A stretch of 64,000 nucleotides of DNA from Lama guanicoe (GCA_013239625.1 MU054323.1:11181815-11245814), one strand, 5' to 3'; positions 37,411 through 50,592 are shown, counted from the first letter of the stretch. Made by a program: numbers and translations. The notes: generated by a model not told the origin, from the letters alone.

Positions 37411-39466
37411 AAAGATGGTCTTTGCCCAGAGAGAGCATGTATTTTGGTAAGGGAAAACACTACAAGTAAGTGAGCAAACACGATGATTGGAGACTAGAGC
37501 AAAGGTCAGAATGAGCCAAAACTTTTTCCTTGCTTGTTGTAAGCCATGTTTGGCAAACATCCACAAAAATAACTCACACCTGTGTGAAGTCAGATCTGCC
37601 TGGTGACTCAACTCATTAAGCTAACAGGTTTGCAGGGAACCGAGCGACTCTGGCATGAGAGGCTCTGAGCCTCCAGCCTCTAAGACTGAATGACCTTGAA
37701 CACGTCACTTTCATCTCCTTTTCCTCATCTACAAAATGGGCATCTTACCTCCCCCGCCAAACCACAGGTTTCTTGTGGCCCAAGGTAAACATGCTCGGCA
37801 AACTGTAAAGCTCTAGATGGAGGAGGTGGTGTGGAGAAAATTCTTTCACAAAGAAGTTGAGTAAGTCTGAGAGACGAAGGGAGGGGAGGGGAGGAATGGT
37901 GAGGATTGCCCTGCCACGTCCTGTTTAACCCCACAACCTGTGGGACATGATCGTTCTCATCTGCACTTGAGGAAACAGGCACAGCAAGGTCAGGGAAGCC
38001 ACACTGCTAACCCGTGGGAAGCTGGGGTTTGATCTGCCCGTCTCCAAACACGGCTTTTTACCACAAAGCCATAGCTAGACCAGGGAGGGAAGACACCAAC
38101 CCCTTTTTGATTTGAACTTGACATTTTGAGTCCCAAAGGGGGCCTTCCCGGGAAATGCCACAGGTGATTATTTTTAAAGAAAGACTGTGACCAAATCACA
38201 CAGCTTCAGGGAATCAAGGAGATATTGACCCTCTTTTTATGGATAAAAAAAAACACAAAGGCTTTATAAAGTTTAGGTGACTTGGATAAAGCCATGTGCC
38301 TGATTAGTGATAGCATCAGAGAAAAGAAAAAGGAAGGGGAGATTGATGAATGTTTTTCAACCTGTGGGTGCTACTCAGTAGTGAGCAGGCCATAACCAGG
38401 AGTTTAAACAAATGAACTAGCAAAGGATAGAAAGTAGAGTGCTTGTACCTGATAAAGGGAAGAACCATTCGTGATACTTTCAGTTCTGTGTGTTTACGTG
38501 TGTATGTGCAGGGCCTGAGTGTAGAATGACTGCGGGTCCTAGTTAGAACCCTGTGAACTCCATGGGACTGGAGGGTGTGAGGAGGAACAGACTCCTGGGG
38601 CCAACAGCAAGTCTGAGCAAAATCCAAGATTTGCCTCTGTGATTCAAGCAAAACAGCTCTAAAATAACCGCAGGGCCTATTTTTAGCACGTGCCAAAATT
38701 ACCTTTCCTTTGCTCTCTGGCCTGGACCAGGAGGGCCCTTCCACAGTGTGCTCTGCTCCTGGGGAGTGGAAGGGGCCCAGGGAAGCTGTCCCACAGGCTG
38801 GGGGCCAGGGGCCAGGCTCTTACACAAACCCCAGGGTTGTTTCCTTTTCCTTACTTCCTCTGCCTGCCTGGGGATTAGAGCAGGTCCTCGGAAACAGGGA
38901 ACAGCATCCTTCACAGCAGGATGTCACAGGGGGACCACGCACTGCTACTCTCTGAGTCAGGCCACCAGTGAGCCAAGCTCTGGACCCACTTAGTCACTGT
39001 AAGACACCTTCACCCTTCAGGGAACAGGAGCAGACACAGCTGAGGACCTGGAGGGAGGATGCAGGGGACCTTTCCAACCTGTGACCCTACCGCCAGGACT
39101 GCCAGAGCCTCGGGGCCCACGTTCTGCCCCTGGAGCCACATAGCACCCAAAGCTTGGGGTGGAGAATAAACAGCATTTTAAAGATTCTTCCCATGTCAGA
39201 AGGCATGCTCAGGCGTGTGTGTATGCATGTGGGTGAGAGAGCGAGTGTGTGTGGAGGGCGGATGGTGTGGGCAGAAGAAGCTAGAATCATTGATAAGCTT
39301 AACAGGAAGACCCAGGAACGTCATCCCTGGATCACGGGAAAGGCTGTAGAGGGCCCTGTTATTACAGAGCGGAAGTGCCAACCTCTGCCTGTGGTTTAAT
39401 GTGGGTATCATGTGTATGGGAGTGTAAGGATGGAGTAGAAGGAGGATAAAACTATTTGTAACACCA

Positions 39467-39680
39467 TGGAAAACTATCAACCCTGAGTACAGATTGTAAC
39501 TAAAGAGCCAATTAAGTGAGGAGAGAAAAAGTAAAAAGTTGGCTGAGTTGTATGAAAGGAACATACAGTCAATTTCAGAAATTGCTCACCATTTAGGCCT
39601 AATTTTTGTATAGCTGAATATTGACTATGCTTGTCATTCAATCCTCTTAAAACTGACCTCATTGTAGGGGTATTCACTGC
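39467..39680 (+). mobile_element. Ancient pogo/Tigger (TcMar) remnant encoding a decayed N-terminal HTH (psq/CENP-B_N-like)
   Basis: The frame from 39467 reads WKTINPEYRL*LKSQLSEERKSKKLAELYERNIQSISEI, an ungapped match to the pogo pattern RKTITLExKLxIxxxLxxGxxxxxLAxxYGxxxSTISDI. A possible terminal ...TTCACTG lies near 39679. Confidence 0.55.
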
Positions 39681-40207
39681 ATTAAGCTCTGCTCATTGGT
39701 GATCAACCTTCATTGACTGTTGCTCCTGATACAGAGCTGCTGTGCTCACAACTTCAAACATCCCTAACATGAGAGGTCCAGAGAACCAGTTCCCATCACT
39801 GCCTAGAGAACAGCCTCCTTGGGAGAGAAGCTCATGGTCAGGGAACACAGCCCATGAGAGGTGAAGCCCAGTGCCTGAGTGTCCTGACTCCCAGCGTGAA
39901 CTGTTAGGCTGGGCTGTTCATATAGCACCTAGGCTTCGGGAGGGGAATACTACACTCCCTTCCTACACCCCAGACTCTGGTAGGAAGGACTCCTAAGAGA
40001 TTCCTGGGAGACAGACTCAGGGAGCCTCTGAAGTGTGGCCAAGGCTGGCTTGCAGCTAAAGACACACAAGGATCTGCCTTGAAAGGCCACAGTATCCAAT
40101 GAGTGAGGCACACCTTATTTCTAATCCCAGATCCTCTCCCTGAAAACTTGGCCAAGTCACTGAACCTTTTCAAACTTCGTTTTTCTCATCTCTGAAAAGG
40201 TGATAAT

Positions 40208-40315
40208 GGGGGAAGGGTATAGCTCAGTGATAGAGTGCATGCTTAACATGCATGAGGTCCTAGGTTCAATCCCCAGTATCTCCATTAATAAAAATAATAA
40301 AAATAAATAAAAAGC
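40208..40315 (+). mobile_element. Camelid tRNA-Ala-derived SINE (Vic-1 type), inserted in a MIR
   Basis: GGGGGAAGGGTATAGCTCAGTGATAGAGTGCATGCTTAACATGCATGAGGTCCTAGGTTCAATCCCCAGTATCTCCA plus A-rich tail, with A and B boxes. TSD AGGTGATAAT (40198-40207) / AGGTAATAAT (40316-40325). Confidence 0.9.
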
Positions 40316-43300
40316 AGGTAATAATAACTGCCCACTAGACTGTGAGGATGAAATGAGGACAGTGAGCAAGAGCCCCGGGCCCCAGGCTGGCAGAGTGAAC
40401 CCAGCATCGGCATTTTCCCTCTTTGCAAGGTTGGCGTTGATTTAGAGCTGACCCTCACAGCAGGCAGGCCCAACTGCCGGGTCCCCTGAGTTCTCAAGGT
40501 TCAGGGTGGTCTCCTGGCAGCCAGGGCGCCCAACTCAGTGAGGTCTCAGACTTTCCCTCCTTCCAGCACAGCCTGGGGGGAGCTCACAGGCCCCGGCAGG
40601 CAGAAACCGGCTGCCATGGCTCAGGAGCAGTTGTGGCTTGGAAAGAATCTCCGGCATGTGTCACGTCGGCCCCCACAAGCCATGATCCATGGTGTGTTGG
40701 AAAAGTGCTTTGTTCCGGGGCCAAGAGGTCATTTTGCAGGAGGGTCACGCATAAGACTGTGCTGGGCAGCTCCCCTCGTGCCCCATTCCCCACCCCCGCC
40801 CCAGCTGCTCCGGGTCACCCATGCAGCTGGGGAGCCTGGGCAGCTCGTGCCCCAGCGCAGAGAGGGCTGTACGTGGGCCATGGCGGTGGGGCAAGACTGA
40901 GGTGGGGTGAGGAGGGGCCGTGGAGTGGTCTGCCCACCTGGGAGACCCACAGGGACAGGAGCTGGTGTAGAAAACATGGCGGGAAAATCTTAAGAACCAA
41001 GTTTTCTCAGCTCATCACTTGGCTGCACTGGGACCCCATGTGAGTCAGGTCTTCTCCTCGGGCCCCAGTTTCCTTATTGGCAAAATGGAAGGGGTTGGAC
41101 AAAACGATCACTAAGGTTCCTGTTTGGGACTATAAATTCCCGTTTTCTTGCAAGGCTCACAGTTCTCCCATTAACAGGAGCCATAGGTCAACATGTTGAA
41201 GTGGATGGGGCGAGGGGAGGGGCAGATGGAGAGAGGTGTAGGCAAGAGGTAAAGGTAAGAGTTGGTTTTTCCAGGCAGAAGACTGGTGTGTACAATGCAA
41301 TTTTCTTCATTTTTCTGTAAGTGGATTTATTTTCTATCTCAAGCCCCCTTTCTGGCTGATGCAGAAATCGTAGTGTCATTACTTCCAGGAAACTCAGTCC
41401 CTTGAGTCATTCTCTCAATCATTTCAGCATTCAGCTCTATTAAATTCAGGATTTCCATCCTCATTCCCTCCCTGGAGTTGATGCCAGGAACAGGATCCAC
41501 CATATCTGTGGAGAGAGGGAGGCTACACCTCTGCTCAATCTGCCCCAAGTCCTCCTTTGAGATAGAATGTGCCCCTGTCTGGTCCTCAAACATGCCCCCC
41601 ACCCCAAGCTGGTATACATGCCTCTCCTGCCCCAGTCGGGTGCTCTGTCCTACTACATCCTCCCTCGCTCCTGCCAAAGGCCCCCCTTGCAGACCTGCAG
41701 CTTCCTTGTGGTTACTCTCCAGGCTCGTTTCCACTCCCCGTGCAGGAGACTCAAGGAACCTGTGTGTGCAGGGGATGGGGAGCAGGGTGTGGGATGAGAG
41801 GGGGATGGGGGTGTTCTCTGCCTGGACACACCACACTGGGCTTCTCTGTACCTCACCAGGGTGGCTGAGAGGACTCCCTGAGGCTCACCAGCCTTCCTGG
41901 TCTCCTGGAGAAGTGAGGCACAGGTGCTTGCTATGCCTGGACTCCATCCTTTAGACTGGTCTGTCGTCTCTCCCACCCCAGGACTCGGAAAAGGACTGGC
42001 CCCTGGAGGTGTATCTAACTCTCCAAACTCTCTTCCTCTTCTCCAGGTTAGAGGGTATTGGTCTGGGGGTAGGAGGTAGGGAGGAGTATTTAAAAAGAAA
42101 AGATTTTACATATCTCATATCCCCTCTTCTTTTTGTGTTTCCTCTTTCATACCTGGATTGAGGCCTTGAGCCTCTAAAGTCAAGCACTGGGTATCTTGAC
42201 TGTCTGGTTCCTTGAAGACTACTAGCCATTTAGTGTCTGAGTGGGAAAGAATGAACACTCCACATATCAAAGCCCCCAGAAAGGCTGGGCAAAGGGTCAG
42301 AACTGGTCCTAGGCTCTGAAATGCCTTTGACAGTCATATGAAATTGTTGGTATCCTAAAAGAAATCAAATAATCAAAACCCTCTAAAGTAAGTACAAAGT
42401 ACAAACCCTTCACCCGGGCTTTCAAGTCTTCCTTTGGACGGCCCGCCCCAGCTTTCTTCTTCCATCACTCTCCTACATGTAACTTCACGGGCCTGTGGGC
42501 AAATTTCCATCATCTCTCTGAGCCTCAGTTTCTTCATCTCTAAAATAGAGTTAATCATTCATTTCTTATTGTGCTGTGGTGCGAATTCTAAGAAGTACTA
42601 TGAGCATATCAATTTTGATTTTTTAAAAAAAGTAACTACAAGTGAATTCTTGCACAAGATCTAGCGCATAGCAGGTTTAACAGGTCTAAGTCCCCTCCCA
42701 GCCTCACCTCCAGCCAACGGAGCACAGCCTTGTCTTCATGGCTCAACTCTGCTGACTTGCCTCCCCCTCCAACCTCAGCTGGGCAAACTTTATCTAACCT
42801 CCAACCCTGAGGCTCCTTGAAAATGCTACCACCTTCTGAAAAGCTCCCCCAAACCAAGATGGTGCTCCTCAGATCTTATATGACTGCTTATGCCCGCAAC
42901 TCTTCTTCCACCCATGGTGGTTCAAGCTTGTTGAGAACATGAACTTTGTCCTGTTTGATACACCTTGCCGGTAGCCAATGGAACCAGCCTGATCCACCCA
43001 GGAGCACACCCCTACTGGCTTGCCAAGTGCTACTTGGTGTTCCAGGCAGCCATCCAGGCCACAGGGGCCTTACCTCTGGCCTTCAAGCAGTGTTTATTCT
43101 CTCCAGCCTGGCTCAAACCTTTGGCTGCTAGCTGTCCCCACTCCTAGTGTTTATCCCAAAGACCCCAATCCCTGCCCTGGTGTCACATGGCCCTACTGTC
43201 CAGGCCTTTGTAACCAATACCATCGTGAACATTCGTAAATGTGTGTGTGTATGTGTGTGTGAATATAGATTCCAAAGATAGTGAGGTGTCCCCAAGTAAC

Positions 43301-43439
43301 TATGGCAGAGATATGAAACTCCACTAAAACCAACGTCTCCCGGCTTATAGTCACCATTTCCTGCCAAACAAATGTGATTGCCCACTGGCTGGGAGAAAAG
43401 AAGACAAGAGTTGTACACTTGGTCCAAACAGGTCAAAAA

Positions 43440-43600
43440 TGAGATACTGGGTGAGGCAAGGTGAGGGGCTTGCCAATATTTTGGGAAGACAGATACCAGT
43501 TGGAGTCCCTGAACTCAACAGGCTGTGACCAGTCCCCAGATCTAAAGATTCATGATTAATTCTGAAAACTCATAGAGGGTTGGTTACAGGGTGAGCCAAT
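43440..43600 (+). mobile_element. L3/CR1 fragment
   Basis: Frameshifted translation resembles KLGGxANxLEDR...LxRL...MxFNxEK (GCCAATATTTTGGGAAGACAGA; CTCAACAGGCTG). Confidence 0.45.
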
Positions 43601-43819
43601 AGCTGGGCTGTGAGATGCCCAAAGCCTTGACATATCCAGGCTCAGGGAAGACTAGTCTGGTACTCCGGAAGCCACAGGGTATGGAGAAGTGTGCTGTCAC
43701 CATCTTGAATTCAAAGTGCGTAAGATAATAGTGGAGGCTTTCTCCAAAGCAGGGTGGGTCATGAAGTGAGCTGCTACAGAGCCTGCCTCCATCTGCCCTG
43801 GGGGAAGGTTTTTTCCCTC

Positions 43820-44260
43820 CTTCAGGACATCTTTATTGGGTCCCTTTTATGCCAGCCAGGCACTGCACTGGGTACTGGAAGCACAGTGATGACTGAGACA
43901 GATGCAGGCCCCGCCCTCACAGTGCTTGCCAGAGTTACAATGAAACACAAGCAACAACGATGGAGTGTGATGGATGCTGTGACCTGGGGAGCATATGGGT
44001 GTCTAGGAACGCAGGGCAGGGTGGGCAGGTAGGGAGAGAGGCAGTTAGGGTTAGTCAAGGAAGACTGTCTGGAAAAGGTGACACTTTAGAAGAGACTGGT
44101 GATATAAGCCAGGAAACAGCAGGTATGAATGATCAGTGACCAGAGAGAGGACATCACCTGCTGGGAAATGAGAGCAGTTGATGGTTGGAACACAGGGGGC
44201 AATGGGGTGGAGGAAGTTGAGGCTTGAGAGGTAGGAGGGTGCCAGCAGCCAGTGAGTGAA
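43820..44260 (-). mobile_element. L2 LINE 3' fragment
   Basis: TTTATTGGGTCC...GCCAGGCACTGCACTGGGTACTGGA...CCCGCCCTCACAGTGCTT...GTCAAGGAAGACTGTCTGGAAAAGGTGACA. Confidence 0.7.
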
Positions 44261-47200
44261 TGCGCCTGGTTTGCTGGAGTCAACTGCTTAGTGTTCGTTT
44301 GCTTATTCCTTTCCAATCTCAACTCGTAAGAGAAGGCTTCTGCCTTTTTCACGCCTTCTACCGTATCTATACATAGATATGGCTTTTCATACAGTAAGTG
44401 CTCAATGAATACTTGTGAAGTAACTGACCAAGGATAGGGGTAAAGGAAAGGTTTGGGAACTTAGTTCTACACAGAGACCCTGAGAAAATTAGAGCAGGCA
44501 CTGCCAATCACGTGATCGGTTAGTTTATGGTCCCCACAGTTGCAATTTTATAGCTAAGACAAAATACTTGTTAAAAACTAATAGGAATGTGTAAAATCAG
44601 CACTGGCAAATCTCACTTGGCAAGCAGGAAGACCTGGCTCCTTGAAGCCTGCCTGGTTCCATGGTCCAAACATGCCTTGGGGAGTGATCCAGAGGTGAAA
44701 AGTCATTCACTTCTGGGAGCAAGGAACTTACTCAAATCCCAAGTAACAGGGTTCAGCTCTCCAGGGCAAAGTGACATCGCATGCCTCAAATCATTAAAGA
44801 TTGCCAGCTGAAATTATTTTGCAAGCATGCTCACTGCAATGGGGACTCGTGAGAGTCTGGCAGGCCCAGCCAGAGTCTTTAGGGGAAAGGTGTAAGCCCT
44901 GTGCTGTGATTGGACCTCAGCCAGGTCAGAGGAGACCAAGGCTTCCCAGAGCCTGTCTGTCCTCCAGAAATCCACTGGCCTCCCAGCCCTTCCCCCAGCC
45001 TCCCTCGTCTGCCTGGGCCCCAGCACTTAGCTGGCATGCTTCCTCACTACACATTTGCTCTCACCTCGACACACACACATGGGCTATCTCCAAGCCACAC
45101 GCTTGCTCCTGTACCAAACACCTTTGTCAATTGATTTCTCAGCAATTTAGAAATGCTGAAGGCAGAAAATCTTGTTTTCTGGTTAAACGACATCCTCAAA
45201 TATTTTCTCCTCTCACCCCAGATCTCCTCTCCAGCCCGTTCTCCCAGCCCTCAAATCCTCCATCCCTCCATTGTTTGATTTAGGAGTTGAATGAGTTTTC
45301 TAGAAATGCACCATGGAAATAAATTCCTCAGAGACAAGGCAATAAATTATCTGAGATAGGCATGAGTGATGGGGCCAGTGAAGAATGCTGATCATGGAAA
45401 AACAAAAATCAGGAGGCCAAATTTTACAGGGAGCAATTCGTATTAAATGAGAACATGTCAGAGACACTGGGGGCATTGGAAACTGGCTGCCTCTGCCTCC
45501 TTTTGTAAATTGGGTTTACTAAATGGAACATAATAATATGTAACCAAAATACTGGAAGACCATTTCTTTGCTAGGGAGACCCAGCCAGCAAACATAGTGA
45601 AAAAATAGGAGACATACCTTTCACTCTGAGAGCTTTTTGGTTTTGAGGGAGAGAGAGTAGTTTGTTTTATTTTTTAAATTTCCCTGAGTGTTAGAACAGA
45701 CTGTAGAGCCTCGGAAAATCCTCACCAGTTGAAGGATTCAGTGGGAAGAGTTCTTTGACTCTCCTGCACTGGGTACAGATAAAAATGTCACTTTTAAAGA
45801 AAGAAAACTAGTCATTGTTTGGTTAAACATTTGCATTTGCAAACCTTCTGGCCCATGTTAAGAAGGGGATTTTTTTTTTTTTAATAAAAATATGTGTTGT
45901 CATCTCAATGATTGGCTGGTCTGTGCCCTCCTGGGGAGCCTAAAGAGAAAAACTATTTGGGGTTACTAAATGGGAAAAATTAGTCACCAGTGATTCACAG
46001 AGACTATAAATATGTGACTATATTGTTCTCTTGTTTATGATCCAGCTGGGATGAGCTGTTTGGGAGGAAGCAGGAAGAGACACAAACAGTGCCAATGGGG
46101 AGCGGCCGCTCAGCTCCAGGTTTCGTGGAGTGAGCGCGTCCCCTGAACCTCCCCAGCAGAGCCTCATTCCTCTGTCTCAGTACCGGCTGAGAAGCACCAG
46201 CCCCTGGAGGGCTGTCCTGGAACTTCTCCAGGGAAAGGAGAGAAAACAGACAAGCACAACCCTTGTGTCTTTCCTGAGACTCTGAGCTGCCACAGGGCGA
46301 CTCCAGGGTAAAGCTCATGTCCTGTGGGGGATTACTGGCTTTAAATAAAAGGAAGGATGAGGGGGATTGTCTGCTGGCAGAATTTCTCAGAATTATGGAA
46401 ACTCACACCCGGAGTCCTCCTTACACACAGACACACACACACACACACACACATGCATGCATGTATGCATACATGCAGTTCATTCGTCTAAAAGTACACT
46501 GAGCCCCCATATGTGGAGTGCTGGGGAAATGATGGTGAGACGGACACTCCCTGGCCCTGCCTTTGAGCTGCTTTCAGCCTAGTGGAGAAGAAGGATATTT
46601 GCCCAGGGATTACAATGGAGACTGATGTGGGTGAGGTCAGGGAAGTTCCGCTGACGTGGAAGCACACAGTAGGTGCATCCAATCCTGTTACCGGTCAGGA
46701 ATGGTTCTGCAGAGCAAGGAATGTTTAAGCTGACCCGTGTGAGGGAAAGCTCAGACCCGGGCAGGGCAAACCTAGAGGTGCAGAAGAAAGCAGGTCTACA
46801 GAGCAGGTAAAGCAGATGCAGAAAGTGTTGCCTCATCAGTGTTGAAGCGCCAGAGTACAAATCAGTCCAAAAGTGCTCAGAAAGGGAGGGATGATGGCCC
46901 CAAGGTGAGGAAGACGAGGCAGCAGTGGTAACTTTCCCAGGGTCCCACCTTGGTCTCTCCTAACAACTGGGGAACAAGTGTCTAGTATCTATGGGCCTCT
47001 AGATCTGTATTTTTTCCTAAACCTTTTCACTCTGAGATGCTCTTGCAGGCCACTGGGAGTCTCGCATTCAGCACTCATGTGACACCTAAATGGGCCCACT
47101 CAGGAAGGCTTGCGCACAGGAGTCAGGTTAGATCCTGATGGTGGCTGGCAGGTGGGGATGGGCCCAGGAAGTAGGCCTGAGACTGGGAGGTCAACTCAAG

Positions 47201-48495
47201 TGAATTTTTCCAGTTGTCATTACCATCTGCTCATCCTGAAACTGCTCCTAGGAACCCAAGCCCATGCCTTGAGGGGGCTAAGGCCAACCTGATTCTGACA
47301 GGTAGAGGGTCCAGGTCAGAGGGACACAAGGACAAAGCAGTCCCAAAGCTGAGTCTGAGAATTACTGGATTCAAGTCTTATCTCTATTGACAAATGTGGC
47401 ATAGAGCTTTACCTTCAGCTAAGGATTGGCTTGGCTTGTCCTCAGGGCTGAGAGGACTGTGGAACAAGGGATGAGGAAACCGTGACCCTCTCAGCTGACA
47501 CCTCACTCACAGTCTCCCTCTTTGCCCCAATTCCCGCCCCAATCCTGGCTGATTTCTGCACACCTGCGGTTGACTTTCATAATTCCCTGGTCTCCCAGTT
47601 GATTGACACCTTCCTCTCCACTTCAGGCATCCAAGTCTACCCCTACACTTTAGCATCGTGGTTCACAGTGTGCATTCAGGAGCCAGTCTGCCTGAATTTG
47701 AATCCTGGTTCTGCCATTTGCAAGTTGTATAACCTTGAGCAAGTCAAATCACCACTCTGCGCCTCCATATACAATAATATTAGAACCTGCGTCGTGTGCT
47801 ATGGGATTAAAGAGCTAATACAACACATGGCACATAGACAGGACTCCATACGTAGTATTATTAATAGAACGGAATATTAGCTCCAAGAAGGCAGTGCTGT
47901 GTCCCCAACTAAGTACAGTGTCTGGCAAAGCATATAGACTTAATCTTTGTAGAATGAATGAATTTTGTTATTTTGAGCTGCTCCACTCCCAGAATTAAAA
48001 TAAATACACTCACCTCTTCAACCACACCTTTTATTCTTCCCACCAGGCTATCTTTTAATCTCCCCCTACCTCCACCGGTATTCAGTCCTGATCCAGCCCA
48101 GACCCCAGGAACGAGCCTCTCAGCAGCCATCCTCACACGCCGCTTCCTCCACACGCCCTACAGAGTCCCTCCCTGGATAGACCCTGACATCAGCCTTCCT
48201 CGCCCCTACTCTGCCCTGCCTACCACAGCCGCCTTCTCTCCACCCTGCCGTCTCCTTCCCCACTTTAGTTCTCAGGAGATGGTCGCTCCTCCTCTTTTAC
48301 TGAGGAAAGAAATGTCGCCAAACACAAAATCCCTCCACTTCCAGTCTTTTCCTCGCCTGTAAACTGGCCCACATCTGCCCTGGGTCTGCCTTTTATAGGA
48401 GACTTTCTCCATCAAGAACCCTTTTCTCTCAACTGCAGCTTCCATTTTCCATTTCTTTTGGGTTCTGCTACTCAGTGTACAAATTTAAGATTCCT

Positions 48496-48585
48496 GGGTA
48501 GAAGACAATCGCTCAGTGGTAGAATGCATGCTTAGCATGCACAAGGTCCCAGGTTCAATCCCTAGTACCTCCCTTAAAAAATTTT
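48496..48585 (+). mobile_element. Camelid tRNA-Ala-derived SINE (Vic-1 type)
   Basis: GCTCAGTGGTAGAATGCATGCTTAGCATGCACAAGGTCCCAGGTTCAATCCCTAGTACCTCC followed by an A/T-rich tail. Confidence 0.85.
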
Positions 48586-48699
48586 TTTTAATGAAGTCAT
48601 TAAATTTTAAAAAAATTGGTTTAAAAACGAGGCATTTAGGTCAACAGGGGAGAGAGAGTTCTCTTAGAAGTCCTTTTTGTATAATTCTGACTCTTAGAA

Positions 48700-49190
48700 C
48701 CAAGGCCATGCTCCACATGCCTTCCAGTAATACAGAAATAATATCAACTAGGATGTAGATAGAATCACAAATGGAATACAGACAGCAATGAATGAATCTA
48801 ACTATTAAAAATGAATATATAACCGTGTTGAAGGGGGTGGGGAAGAAAATAACCAACCTAAGTAGATGGAAAACCAACATTTGACTATATACTCTAGGGC
48901 TAAAGGCAAGAAGAACTGTATACAGGTGTCCTCTAGTGTATACATTTCCCATGGGAGCATGGGTAGCAATTCTGAAACTCCTTTACACGTACGCTGGAAG
49001 TGAGCGGCATAAATACAGTGCAGATCCTGAGAGCTAGGCTCCTTGCTCCTGGAGAGAAGAGTTACAGAAAAGGGCAAAGACCAGAATGAACCCTGTGGTG
49101 TTAGAGTGGAACTGAGAGGTATTAGCATGAACTTATGGTTTTGACTATACATATGGGTAGATACAGAAATCCAAAACTATTTCAGGATAC
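48700..49190 (+). mobile_element. L1MC/MD-like 3'UTR fragment
   Basis: TGACTATATACTCTAGGGCTAAAGGCAAGAAGAACTGTA; GGGTAGCAATTCTGAAACT; AGAATGAACCCTGTGGTGTTAGA. Confidence 0.6.
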
Positions 49191-49209
49191 ATTTTTTTTT
49201 AAAAGACTT

Positions 49210-50295
49210 CCCATTCTTTAAAAAATAAAAGCCTCCATTCACCCCACATCTCTACCTATTTCTCCATCTGTTTCCTTCCCTTCCAGGTCAAATTTCTTGA
49301 AAGACTGGTCCACGGGCATTGTATCCACTTCTTTTCCCAACTGACTGCTCTTCTGGGTACAACTGGGCTTCACCCCTGTCCCTCGTGCAATCTGCAAAGT
49401 TCTCCAAGGACTTCCGAACTGTTGGTACAAAGAGTACCCTTCAGTGATGATTTCTCTCTCTGGGTCACCTCTCTCTCTCATCATTTTTTGTTTCCCCTTC
49501 ATCTCTGATTTTTGGTACTCTCCTCTTCCCATTCTACGCTCTCTTCTGGGAAATTTTCAGCTATTGCCAGGATTTTTACCCCACCTCAACACTTATGACC
49601 CATCATCTGTATTTCTGATTCAAGCCCCTCTCATGTTCCAGAGCCGGGGTTCTTCCAGGCCCTCAGACACAGCACAGTCAATTTTAAACTCACCATCTTT
49701 TCCTCCAGATCTGACCCCTCGCTTAATTGATGGACCACCATTCCCCGAGGCTCAAAGCCAGAAACCTGCATTCCCTCTCTTTACACATCTGACCACCCCC
49801 AGGCTTGCTGATTCTAGCTCTGGAATACTTCCCCACTCCTCTCGTCCTCTGCCATCACCCAAGCTGAAGCCGTCCTCACCTCTGACGGGAATAGAGGGAC
49901 AGCCTCCTACAGTGATGTTCCTGCATCTGGTGTCACCCACCAGCATGTCCCATCCACTGGGGCAAAGCTAACCACACGCTGCCTTTCTCAAAAGCCTTCA
50001 TTGGCTCTCTGGAGAAAGTCAAAACATCTTTATGTGACAATGTTTTCCATAACGTGAACACTGGCCCCTACCCAATTTCTAGCCCCATCTCCCACCATTC
50101 TTCTCTTGATTTTGATTCTCTTAGCATACCCTTACACAACACATTGACTACGCAAAAATAAACTCCCCTAGCCACTCTGTCTTATTCCTCTGTTGTTGTT
50201 TTTTTCTCTATTGCATTTATCATAATCTGTAATGATTGGGTCTCTTATTTGTTTATGGTCTGTCTCCTCTAATGGAATACAAGGTCTATGAAAAC
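49210..50295 (+). mobile_element. L2 LINE fragment(s)
   Basis: Pyrimidine-rich L2 motifs (CAAATTTCTTGAAAGACTGGTC; TCTCAAAAGCCTTCATTGGCTC; TGTCTCCTCTAATGGAATACAAGGTCTATGAAAACAG). Confidence 0.65.
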
Positions 50296-50299
50296 AGAA

Positions 50300-50592
50300 A
50301 TCCTTTTTAAAAACTTGTGATAAAATACACATAACATAAAATATACCATGTTAATCATTTTTAAGGGTACAATTCAGTGGCATTAAATGCATTCACATTG
50401 TTGTGCAACTATCACCACTATACATTTCCAGAACTTTCTCATCATCTTGAACAGAAACTCTGTACCTGTTAGACACTAACTTCCCATATCTCCTCCTCTC
50501 AGCGCCTGGACATCCCTGTTACACTTTCTGTCTTTAGGAAATTGACTGTTCTAAGTACTTCATATAAGTGGAATAGTGTGCAATGTTTGTCC
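50300..50592 (-). mobile_element. L1MA/MB-like 3' end
   Basis: TGTGATAAAATACACATAACATAAAATATACCATG...AATTCAGTGGCATTAA...TTGTGCAACTATCACCACTA...CTTCATATAAGTGGAAT. Confidence 0.85.

Noticed and set aside
40208..40284. Apparent tRNA-Ala gene (also 48496-48576)
   Set aside because: Mismatched stems, A-rich tail and (for the first copy) a TSD identify these as SINE copies.
41339..41976. Cluster of overlapping 100-165 aa ORFs
   Set aside because: Open on both strands in GC-rich sequence with no homology or splice support; expected by chance.
49444..49971. Longest ORF in the track (175 aa)
   Set aside because: Lies in a pyrimidine-rich L2 remnant with S/P/L/F-biased composition and no recognisable domain.
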